A DNA stretch of 64,000 bases from Candidatus Omnitrophota bacterium (GTDB lineage: Bacteria > Omnitrophota > Gorgyraeia > Gygaellales > Profunditerraquicolaceae). Of the stretch, positions 50,458 to 58,269 are shown piece after piece. A program made the translations under genes and the position numbers. The notes under the pieces are model-generated. The model did not search any database. It saw only the letters and a program-made list of their open reading frames with translations, and had not been told where the DNA came from. Numbering within the stretch: position 1 is the stretch's first letter; the number at the start of each line of letters is the position of its first letter. The DNA lies in the NCBI GenBank assembly GCA_050012075.1, contig JBEKHW010000004.1, positions 8,864 to 72,863 on the forward strand. Direction: 5' to 3'.

Positions 50458-50853
50458 ATGGGAAATTTCAAAGAATTATTTCAAGATGCCGACTGGAAGG
50501 CAGAAAAACACGTTCCGGTAATAGAGGTTTCGGATAAGATAATCAAAGGAGAATTCTTTAAGATTACGGTAACCGTGGGTAAAGAAATCGCGCACCCCAA
50601 CAAAACAGAGCATCATATCCGCTGGATAGCGGTTTATTTTCTCCCTAAGGGAGAAAAATTTCCCTATCAGATTGGAAAAGCTGAATTTAGCGCCCACGGC
50701 GAATCTGCCCAGGGCCCGGATACCAGCACCGTATATACGTACCATGAGGCTAGCTTGAGTTTTAAAACAGAAAAACCCGGTACGATTTACGCATCAAGTT
50801 ACTGTAATATACACGGGTTATGGGAGAATGCAAAAGAAATAACCTTAAGTTAA
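50458..50853 (+). CDS. sor: Superoxide reductase (neelaredoxin / 1Fe-SOR, desulfoferrodoxin ferrous-iron-binding domain)
   Basis: ADWKAEKHVPVIE, HPNKTEHHIRWI and CNIHGLWE are the conserved SOR centre-II ligand blocks (E, 4 His, Cys). The internal Met after the SD AGGGAGG is preferred as the start. Confidence 0.8.
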   Translation: MGNFKELFQDADWKAEKHVPVIEVSDKIIKGEFFKITVTVGKEIAHPNKTEHHIRWIAVYFLPKGEKFPYQIGKAEFSAHGESAQGPDTSTVYTYHEASLSFKTEKPGTIYASSYCNIHGLWENAKEITLS

Positions 50854-50910
50854 CCAGGCTAACTTTAGAAAAAGTTCCTATTACGGACAACAAAGTATGA
50901 GGTGTTAGAT

Positions 50911-51099
50911 ATGAAAGCTAGAGTCGACCCGGATATTTGCATCGGTTGCACATTATGTGTACAAACATGTCCAGCGGTATTCAGGATGGACGGTGAGAAA
51001 GCCGTTGCGTATTTAAATCCTGTACCAAAAAACGTTGAGGATGCCTGTAGGAACGCAGCAGATGAATGTCCTGTGACCGCGATAATAATTGAAGGGTAG
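50911..51099 (+). CDS. Small [4Fe-4S] ferredoxin
   Basis: CIGCTLCVQTCP...CP. 62 aa. Confidence 0.75.
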   Translation: MKARVDPDICIGCTLCVQTCPAVFRMDGEKAVAYLNPVPKNVEDACRNAADECPVTAIIIEG

Positions 51100-51109
51100 G
51101 TAAACGCAG

Positions 51110-51517
51110 ATGGCAAAGATATCTGGAAAGCTTAAAGAGTATTTAAGGAATCATCTGGCGTTTGTGGCGACCGCTGATCTAAAAGGCAGGCCCAACGTGG
51201 TGCCTAAGGGAAATCTGGCTGTTTTAGATGAAGGCACAATAGTTTTTGCGGATTTGTATAATCACCAGACCAAAAAGAATTTACTGGTAAATCCTAATAT
51301 CGCCATTACGGTAGTAAATCCGGCAGGTTATACCGGATACCAGCTCAAAGGCAAGGCGAAGATTATAGGGCGCGGATTAGAATACGATAAACTTGTCAAA
51401 CTACTCGGCCAGGACGGCCAGCTTAGCCACCCTGACGCAAAATACGCGGTAAAGGCTAACGTCACTAAAATTATCGATATAGGTTACGGAGAGTTCGCGG
51501 ATAAGGAGATAAGATAA
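51110..51517 (+). CDS. Pyridoxamine 5'-phosphate oxidase-like FMN-binding protein (general stress protein 26 family)
   Basis: The PNPOx-like split-barrel N-terminus LAFVATADLKGRPNVVPKG..L matches. Confidence 0.65.
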   Translation: MAKISGKLKEYLRNHLAFVATADLKGRPNVVPKGNLAVLDEGTIVFADLYNHQTKKNLLVNPNIAITVVNPAGYTGYQLKGKAKIIGRGLEYDKLVKLLGQDGQLSHPDAKYAVKANVTKIIDIGYGEFADKEIR

Positions 51518-51542
51518 CGGTTCTAACCCCCCAATTTTTATC

Positions 51543-51571
51543 TTGCCAAAATTCCTCTAAAATAGTATCAT
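51543..51571 (+). promoter_or_regulatory. Putative sigma70 promoter (TTGCCA-17-TATCAT) for the tRNA pair
   Basis: Read directly, about 75 nt upstream of tRNA-Met. Confidence 0.35.
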
Positions 51572-51647
51572 ATAGTATTACTTTCTGGTCATGGGTTATC
51601 CCCTAAAACGGGGTATCGCTATGCGGCGGTACAGAGCCTAGATTTTG

Positions 51648-51719
51648 GGGCCCATAGCTCAGCGGTAGAGCAGGAGACTCATAATCTCTTGGTCCGGGGT
51701 TCGAATCCCTGTGGGCCCA
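51648..51719 (+). tRNA. tRNA-Met (anticodon CAU; elongator type, could also be the lysidine-modified tRNA-Ile2)
   Basis: Folds by hand as a cloverleaf: acceptor GGGCCCA/TGGGCCC, D-arm AGCTCAGCGGTAGAGC, anticodon loop CTCATAA, T-arm GGTTCGAATCC. No encoded CCA. Confidence 0.8.
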
Positions 51720-51757
51720 GTTCGTTAACCGTTAGTCGCTTAACCAGTAACGAGAAC

Positions 51758-51834
51758 GGGCGCATAGCTCAGTTGGTTAGAGCGCTACACTCACATTGTA
51801 GAGGTCGAGGGTTCAATTCCTTCTGCGCCCACCA
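51758..51834 (+). tRNA. tRNA-Val (anticodon CAC), CCA encoded
   Basis: Acceptor GGGCGCA/TGCGCCC, D-loop AGTTGGTTAGAGC, anticodon loop CTCACAT, T-arm GGTTCAATTCC, 3' ACCA. Confidence 0.85.
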
Positions 51835-51861
51835 TATTGCTTTTTATAAAAAAGGAGAAGA

Positions 51862-52584
51862 TTGTTGATAACCGTAAACCTAAAAGCGCAACTGGAAATA
51901 CTAGTGAAGCTGCAGGCGATAGACACCGAAATCTACAATCTCAAGGCCGAAAAGGAAGCTAAGCCGCAGCAGCTTAAAGAGATAGAAGCCTTGTTTGAAG
52001 AGAAGAAACAGAAGATGGCTTCCCTTGAAAAGAACCTGCTGGATTTGCAGAAAGAGAGGAAAGATAAAGAACTGGAGTTAGGTTCTAAAGAGGAATCAGG
52101 CAAGAAATTGCAGTCCCAGCTTTATTCCTTAAAGACCAATAAGGAATATCAGACGATGTTGCAGCAGATACAGGATGCCAAGGCAGACGTTTCTTTAATT
52201 GAAGATAAAATCTTGGCTATCCTGGATGAGACTGATAAGTTAAAGATAGAAGTAGAAAAGGAGAAGGCACGGCTTAAAGAAGAAGAAAAGGTTTTTTCAA
52301 GCCAAAAGAATGCAATCGAGGCCAGGATCAGAGAAATAGACGACCATCTTGCGCAATTAGAGACGCAGAGGAAGCAGGTTATCCCGGAAGTAGATGTAAA
52401 AATACTGGCACAATATGATAGGATCCTTAAGAGCCGCGATGGTTTGGCGATTGTAGCCGTTATAAATAATTCCTGCAAAGGCTGCAATATGTTCGTGCCG
52501 CCGCAGGTAATAAACCTTATAAAGATGTATGAGCGCATGATCACCTGCGAGGTGTGCAACAGGATATTATATACCAATGAATGA
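51862..52584 (+). CDS. COG1579-type coiled-coil / C4 zinc-ribbon protein
   Basis: Long coiled coil with a C-terminal CKGC...CEVC ribbon. Overlaps rnhA by 8 nt. Confidence 0.6.
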   Translation: MLITVNLKAQLEILVKLQAIDTEIYNLKAEKEAKPQQLKEIEALFEEKKQKMASLEKNLLDLQKERKDKELELGSKEESGKKLQSQLYSLKTNKEYQTMLQQIQDAKADVSLIEDKILAILDETDKLKIEVEKEKARLKEEEKVFSSQKNAIEARIREIDDHLAQLETQRKQVIPEVDVKILAQYDRILKSRDGLAIVAVINNSCKGCNMFVPPQVINLIKMYERMITCEVCNRILYTNE

Positions 52585-52993
52585 ACTGGAGATCTACATT
52601 GACGGCGCATCGAAAGGTAACCCCGGGCCAAGCGGGATAGGGGTGGTTATCTGTAAAGAAGGCCAAACTATTAAGAACATTTCTAACTATATCGGCAATG
52701 CCACCAACAACGTTGCGGAATACACCGCTCTTATTTTCGCTCTGCAGGAGGCCTTAAAGATGAGGGCGGAGATCCTAAAAATAAATACCGATAGCCAGTT
52801 ATTATATAGCCAGCTTAACCGTACCTATAAAGTAAAAAGTGAGAATATTATCGGCCTGTTTAAAGAGGCTTCGCATTTACTTTCGGTTTTTAAAAAAGTT
52901 TGCATTACCAATATTCCCCGCGAGAAAAACCGGGGCGCGGATAAATTAGCCACACAGGCGGTAAAGAAACACTTAAAGAAAACGATTCTTTGA
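52577..52993 (+). CDS. rnhA: Ribonuclease HI
   Basis: IYIDGASKGNPGPSGIGVV, the type-1 RNase H catalytic core, with E/D residues conserved. Confidence 0.8.
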   Translation: MNELEIYIDGASKGNPGPSGIGVVICKEGQTIKNISNYIGNATNNVAEYTALIFALQEALKMRAEILKINTDSQLLYSQLNRTYKVKSENIIGLFKEASHLLSVFKKVCITNIPREKNRGADKLATQAVKKHLKKTIL

Positions 52994-53045
52994 TAAGTGG
53001 ACAGGCCCCGTTAGACGGGGCAGTCCTGTTAGATAAAGTCGTCTA

Positions 53046-53552
53046 ACGGGGCAGGTAGGATGTGGCCGCCCGCCATTGAATAAATGGCGGGAGGAAAGTC
53101 CGGGCTCCAGAGGACAGCGTAACGGGTAACGCCCGTCTCCGCCGGATAATACCGGTGGAAGGATCTCCGCCATAATACATGGCGGACCCGCCAATATTTT
53201 TGGCGGGAGAGCCACAGAGACGAGCAACCGTTGCTTCGCAACGGAGTTAATAGTTGATAGTTCATAGTTGATGGTTTAAAGGTAAAACTAAGAACCATGA
53301 ACAATGAACCATGAACTCCCGCGCGAAGCGCGGGGAGGTGAAACGAGGCAATCTCTACGCGGAGCAAGGCCCAATAGGAGATGAGCGCTGGTCCGGCGCA
53401 TCCCTGTCAAGCTATTCAATAGCAGGCGGGGATTTAATCTCGGGTAAGCTGCTTGAGCCCCTACGGCAACGTCGGGGTCGAGAGGAATGGCCACTTTGGA
53501 TGCGGTTATTCGTATCGAGACAGAACCCGGCTTATCCTACCTGTCCCACTTA
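53046..53552 (+). ncRNA. rnpB: RNase P RNA (bacterial type A) carrying an internal repeat-element insertion
   Basis: Conserved blocks GGAGGAAAGUCCGGGCUCC (53089-53108), GGUGAAA, GGAGCAAGGCCCAAUAGG, GCUGCUUGAGCC and ACAGAACCCGGCUUAUC (53520-53536). P1 pairs 53048-53059 with 53536-53547. Confidence 0.8.
53249..53317 (+). repeat. Family-A palindromic element copy 3, located inside rnpB between the P11 and P12 regions
   Basis: TAGTTGATAGTTCATAGTTGATGGTT...AACCATGAACAATGAACCATGAACT has the same unit structure as the dnaK/dnaJ copies. Confidence 0.55.
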
Positions 53553-53584
53553 TTACGAATATGCAGGAACTAGTCACCAAGATA

Positions 53585-53645
53585 CCATGTCACCACGTCA
53601 CAAGTAAAATCTTTGACTTGTGACTTTGTGACGTTGTGTCATTGC
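53585..53645 (+). repeat. Family-B palindromic element (GTCAC units): TGTCACCACGTCACAAG, an A-rich loop, CTTGTGACTTTGTGACGTTGTG
   Basis: Inverted tandem GTCAC/GTGAC units, read directly. Lies between rnpB and yebC. Confidence 0.55.
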
Positions 53646-53674
53646 GACCATTATTAATTTAACGGGAGGCTAAA

Positions 53675-54433
53675 ATGTCTGGTCATTCAAAATGGAAGAC
53701 GAATAAAGGCAAAAAGATGGCGGCCGATGCCAAAAAAGGCGCTGCCTACACGAAAATCATCAAAGAGATTACTGTTGTCGCGCGCGAAGGCGGCGGTAAC
53801 CCCGATACTAACCCTAAGTTAAGGACCGTTATTGCCAGGGCGCGTGAACTTAATATGCCTTCTGATAACGTTAAGATGGCGATAAAAAGAGGCACTGGTG
53901 AATTGCCGGGCGTAATTTATGAATCGGTAGTATATGAAGCATACGGTCCAGGCGGGGTAGCTATTCTGGTTGAGGCGCTTACCGATAATAAGAACCGCAC
54001 TACTGCTGAATTGCGCAATATCATGTCTAAAAAAGGCGCTAATATGGCGGGCGCGGGCTCAGTAAGCTGGATGTTCGCCAAGAAGGGTTATATCACCGTT
54101 GATAAGACACAGGCGAAAGAAGACGATCTTATGGTGCTTCTTGATTCCGGGGCGGAAGATATAAAAGCAGAAGACCCGAAACAATTCGAGATTATCACCT
54201 CTACCGAAGGGCTGGAAAAGGTAAAAGCTGCAATGGAAGCGCAAAAGATCCCCTATATTTCGGCAGAAGTAACAATGATTCCTTCTTCTACCATTAAACT
54301 CGCAGGTAATGAAGCTAAACAGCTGTTATCGCTTATTGAGGCATTAGAAGAACATGATGACGTACAACAGGTCTCCGCTAACTTTGACATCCCTGATGAA
54401 ATCCTGGAACAGGTAGCCGCAGAGTCAGAATGA
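53675..54433 (+). CDS. yebC: YebC/PmpR-family DNA-binding regulator
   Basis: MSGHSKWKT N-terminus with conservation along the full length. Confidence 0.9.
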   Translation: MSGHSKWKTNKGKKMAADAKKGAAYTKIIKEITVVAREGGGNPDTNPKLRTVIARARELNMPSDNVKMAIKRGTGELPGVIYESVVYEAYGPGGVAILVEALTDNKNRTTAELRNIMSKKGANMAGAGSVSWMFAKKGYITVDKTQAKEDDLMVLLDSGAEDIKAEDPKQFEIITSTEGLEKVKAAMEAQKIPYISAEVTMIPSSTIKLAGNEAKQLLSLIEALEEHDDVQQVSANFDIPDEILEQVAAESE

Positions 54434-54912
54434 TAATATTGGGGATCGATCCTGCTTTGACGGTAACCGGCTACGGCGTTATCAATGTATCAGGCAGAGA
54501 GATCTCTTTGATAGAAGCCGGGGTCGTGACTACCTCTAGCAAGGATAACACTCCTCATCGGCTAGACAGGATTTACGAAGCAGTAACCAAACTTATCTCT
54601 GAAACCAGTCCCGATGTAATGGTGCTGGAGAAGTTATATGCGCATTATCGTCATCCTACTACCGCGTATTTGTTGGGACAGGCGAGGGGTGTGATTTGTT
54701 TGGCCTGCGCAAATAAAAATCTGCCGTTAGTAGAATATGCGGCTACGCGCGTCAAAAAGGCAGTTGTCGGAAAAGGGCTTGCTTCTAAATATCAGGTGCA
54801 GCGGATGGTTGCCAGCATGCTTAATATAAATAGATTGCCTAAATACACGGATGTGACTGATGCTTTGGCATTAGCCATTGCTCACAGCTATATAATGAGG
54901 TTCAAGATATGA
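54430..54912 (+). CDS. ruvC: Holliday junction resolvase RuvC
   Basis: ILGIDPALTVTGYGV with catalytic D/E residues. Coupled to yebC and ruvA. Confidence 0.85.
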   Translation: MIILGIDPALTVTGYGVINVSGREISLIEAGVVTTSSKDNTPHRLDRIYEAVTKLISETSPDVMVLEKLYAHYRHPTTAYLLGQARGVICLACANKNLPLVEYAATRVKKAVVGKGLASKYQVQRMVASMLNINRLPKYTDVTDALALAIAHSYIMRFKI

Positions 54913-55535
54913 TATCGCGGATCTCCGGAAAGGTGATTGAAAAGTGCGCGAGTTCCTTAATCATTGATACGGGAGGTATATGTTATGAAGTTTTGATTCC
55001 CGCCATGGTAATGGAGCGCATTCAGGAAAGCATAGATCCTGACGGCAGGATTTCCCTGGTAACATTTCATTATTTACAGGTTGAGCCGTCAAAAACTTTT
55101 CCGGTCCTGGTCGGTTTTGCCAATGACGTTGAGAGGAGTTTTTTTGAAGTTTTTATTACTGTTTCGGGGATAGGGCCACGGGCGGCATTAAAAGCCCTGA
55201 ATAAGCCGATCCCATTGATAGCGCGCGCAATAGATGAAGGGGACTTAAGTTTTTTAAAGTCGCTTCCTGGAATAGGAGAGCAGCGGGCGAAGGAGATCGT
55301 AGCTAAACTGCAGAATAAAGTCGGTAAATTTGCCCTCATAAAAGATAAGAGGATAACCTCTGATTCTATAAAGGCAAGGGATATAACCGAGGAGGCATTG
55401 GCAGTGCTTATGCAGCTGGAATACAAAAAGGCAGAGGCGCTTAATATGATAAAACGGGCGCTGGAGATTGCCCCGGATATACAGACGGCAGAGGAAGTTT
55501 TAAATGTGGTCTATAAACAAAGGAAGGCAAAATAA
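54909..55535 (+). CDS. ruvA: Holliday junction branch-migration protein RuvA
   Basis: OB-fold N-terminus, a tandem HhH motif (LPGIGEQRAKEIV), and a C-terminal domain III. Confidence 0.85.
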   Translation: MISRISGKVIEKCASSLIIDTGGICYEVLIPAMVMERIQESIDPDGRISLVTFHYLQVEPSKTFPVLVGFANDVERSFFEVFITVSGIGPRAALKALNKPIPLIARAIDEGDLSFLKSLPGIGEQRAKEIVAKLQNKVGKFALIKDKRITSDSIKARDITEEALAVLMQLEYKKAEALNMIKRALEIAPDIQTAEEVLNVVYKQRKAK

Positions 55536-55537
55536 CG

Positions 55538-56137
55538 ATGTCGGAAGATAATTTAAAATCGGTGATAGAGGCATTGCTTTTTGCCAGCGAAAAACCCATG
55601 ACCATTGAGCAGGCAAGGAAGGTGCTTGATAATCTAGACGCTACCAAGGTGCGCCAGGTTATCGAAGAGATACAGGCGGATTATGCGGCGGCCAATCGCG
55701 GTATACGCATTGTTGAAGTCGCGGGCGGTTTTCAGATGATTACCGCGCCTGGTTTTGCTTCATTTTTAAAAAAGCTTTTTAAGGAGCGCCATGTGGAGCG
55801 GCTCTCTAAACCGGCTCTCGAGACCTTGGCGATTATTGCTTATAAGCAGCCCCTGACGAAACAGGAAATAGAGTCGCTTCGGAACGTCAACGTCGATGGA
55901 GTCATGAAAAATCTTTTGGATAAAGACCTGATACGCATTTCCGGAAGAAAGAAAGCGCCGGGCAGGCCCTATGTATTCGGCACCACGCGTCAGTTCCTGG
56001 AATATTTTGGTTTAAAATCGCTTGAGGAATTACCTAAAATGGAAGAGTTTTCTACTCTCGTGGCTAATACCACAGGGGAATCGGAAATAGAGAAAATAGA
56101 GGAGGATATAAATGAGCCTCAAAAAACTGCGCAGTAA
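55538..56137 (+). CDS. scpB: Segregation and condensation protein ScpB
   Basis: Tandem winged-helix, with ALLFASEKPMT and SKPALETLAIIAYKQPLT. Confidence 0.8.
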   Translation: MSEDNLKSVIEALLFASEKPMTIEQARKVLDNLDATKVRQVIEEIQADYAAANRGIRIVEVAGGFQMITAPGFASFLKKLFKERHVERLSKPALETLAIIAYKQPLTKQEIESLRNVNVDGVMKNLLDKDLIRISGRKKAPGRPYVFGTTRQFLEYFGLKSLEELPKMEEFSTLVANTTGESEIEKIEEDINEPQKTAQ

Positions 56138-57173
56138 AATAGATAACCTGGACAGAAAAATAACACAGTTGCTTAACCTGCGGGCGAAAGTCGCTTTGGA
56201 TATTGCCAGGCAGAAACAGAAAAGCGGGATAAGCGCCTATGCGCCTGAGAGGGAAAGGGTGGTGTTAGAAAAAGTAGCTAATTTAAGCCGCGGTCCTCTG
56301 ACTAAAGATGCCCTGGAGGCAATTTACCGGGAGATTATGTCTGCGAGCTTAAGCATGAATGAACCTTTGGTGATAGCCTATATGGGGCCGCAGGCAAGTT
56401 TCAGCAATTTCGCCGCCCTAAAAAGGTTCGGTTCCCAGGTGAAATATGCCCCTTGCGAAAGCATTACGGATGTTTTCGAGGAGGTAGAAAAGGGCAATGC
56501 CGAATACGGGGTTGTCCCGGTTGAGAATTCCATTGAGGGTGCTGTAACTTATACGCTGGATATGTTCGTGGATTCGGATTTAAAAATATGCAGCCAGATT
56601 ATTCTGGATATTTCGCATAGCCTCTTAGCAAATTGTCCCAAGGGTAAGATTAAACGGGTATATTCTAACCCCCAGGTTTTGGGGCAGTGCCGGATATGGC
56701 TTCAGGAGAATCTTCCCGGTGTAGAAACAATCGAGGTATCCAGTACAACGCGAGCCGCGCAAATTGCAGCAAAAGAAAAAAACAGCGCTTGTATCGCTTC
56801 GATCCTGGCGGCTAAAATTTATAAATTAAAGGTGTTGGCTTCAGATATCGAAGATTCGCCGCATAATATTACCCGTTTTTTTGTCATTGGTAAAAATGAC
56901 GTCGCACCCACTAGACACGATAAAACTTCAATCCTTTTTTCCATCAAAGACAAGGTAGGCGCACTGCATGATATGCTCGTGCCATTCAAAAAATACGGCA
57001 TTAACCTGACAAAAATCGAATCGCGGCCTTCCAAGAAAAAGGCCTGGGATTATTATTTCTACCTTGATTTAGAGGGCCACTACGATGATCCCAAGGTCAG
57101 GAAAGCTTTAAGAGAATTAGAAAGTAAATGCAAGTTCTTGAAAATTTTAGGATCGTATCCGACAGGAGAATAA
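56112..57173 (+). CDS. pheA: Bifunctional chorismate mutase / prephenate dehydratase (P-protein)
   Basis: N-terminal CM_2 domain, a PDT domain with the ESRP motif, and a C-terminal ACT domain. Confidence 0.85.
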   Translation: MSLKKLRSKIDNLDRKITQLLNLRAKVALDIARQKQKSGISAYAPERERVVLEKVANLSRGPLTKDALEAIYREIMSASLSMNEPLVIAYMGPQASFSNFAALKRFGSQVKYAPCESITDVFEEVEKGNAEYGVVPVENSIEGAVTYTLDMFVDSDLKICSQIILDISHSLLANCPKGKIKRVYSNPQVLGQCRIWLQENLPGVETIEVSSTTRAAQIAAKEKNSACIASILAAKIYKLKVLASDIEDSPHNITRFFVIGKNDVAPTRHDKTSILFSIKDKVGALHDMLVPFKKYGINLTKIESRPSKKKAWDYYFYLDLEGHYDDPKVRKALRELESKCKFLKILGSYPTGE

Positions 57174-57177
57174 ATAA

Positions 57178-58257
57178 GTGAATTTAGTCAGAAAGCATAT
57201 ATTAAAAATCGACCCTTATGAGGCCGGTAAACCTATTGAAGAGATCAAGCGGCAACTGGGCCTTCGCGAGGTGATTAAGCTCGCTTCTAACGAGAATCCG
57301 CTCGGGCCATCGCCAAAGGCAATAGCGGCAATCAAGAAGAACCTTTCTGTGCTTAACCGCTATCCGGACAGTAACGGTTTCTATCTAAAAAGACGCCTGG
57401 CCAGGTTTTTCGGTCTTACGCCCTCGAATATTGTCCTGGGCAATGGTTCTGATGAGCTTATTGATATTATCATCAAGACTTTCGTAGAAGAGGATGAGCA
57501 GATTATCACTGCTGATTTTACATTCCTGGAATATAAAATCATATCTTCTGTCAAGGGCCGAGCTGTAATTACCGTGCCGTTACGATACTTTAAGTATGAC
57601 CTGGAAGCGATTAAAAGAAGGATTGATAAGAAAACCAAAGTCATCTTTATAGCCAATCCGAATAATCCGACCGGCACATACGTTACTAAATACGAGATCG
57701 AGGAATTTATGCGCGGCCTTCCGGATAATATATTACTTGTTTTGGATGAGGCCTACGACGCTTTTGTTGATGTGAATGATTTTCCACGCAGCCTCGCTTA
57801 TATCCGCAGGAATAATGTCGTAGTGCTTAAGACATTTTCCAAGGCCTATGGCTTGGCAGGCCTACGGGTCGGTTTTGCATTGGCAAGGCCGGAACTTTGC
57901 GCGTATATGGAGATTGCCCGCCAGCCCTTTAATGTGAATTCTCTCGCCCAGGTAGCTGCCGAGGCCGCGCTAGACGACAAAGGATTCCTTAACCGGACAA
58001 GAAAGACGATCCTGGAAGGCAAGGGCTATCTTTACGATAACTTAAAGAGAATGGGGCTTGCTTATGTGCCAAGCGTAACAAACTTTATCCTGGTCGATGT
58101 TGGCAGGGATTGCGTAAGCTTGTTCAAAGATATGCTTAAATTCGGGGTAATCGTGCGCGATATGAAGCAATACGGGTTAAAGAATTTTATAAGAGTTACG
58201 ATAGGGACAAAAAAAGAAAATGAAAGGTTTATAAGGGTTCTTGCGAAAGTCCTTTAG
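57178..58257 (+). CDS. hisC: Histidinol-phosphate aminotransferase
   Basis: Class-II aminotransferase with the PLP lysine in FSKAYGLAGLRVG. Confidence 0.85.
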   Translation: MNLVRKHILKIDPYEAGKPIEEIKRQLGLREVIKLASNENPLGPSPKAIAAIKKNLSVLNRYPDSNGFYLKRRLARFFGLTPSNIVLGNGSDELIDIIIKTFVEEDEQIITADFTFLEYKIISSVKGRAVITVPLRYFKYDLEAIKRRIDKKTKVIFIANPNNPTGTYVTKYEIEEFMRGLPDNILLVLDEAYDAFVDVNDFPRSLAYIRRNNVVVLKTFSKAYGLAGLRVGFALARPELCAYMEIARQPFNVNSLAQVAAEAALDDKGFLNRTRKTILEGKGYLYDNLKRMGLAYVPSVTNFILVDVGRDCVSLFKDMLKFGVIVRDMKQYGLKNFIRVTIGTKKENERFIRVLAKVL

Positions 58258-58269
58258 AAAGGAGAAACA

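Noticed and set aside
53029-53607. ORFs 53029-53367 (-) and 53311-53607 (+)
   Set aside because: They overlap the RNase P RNA gene. Its conserved ribozyme motifs explain the open frames, and there is no coding signal.
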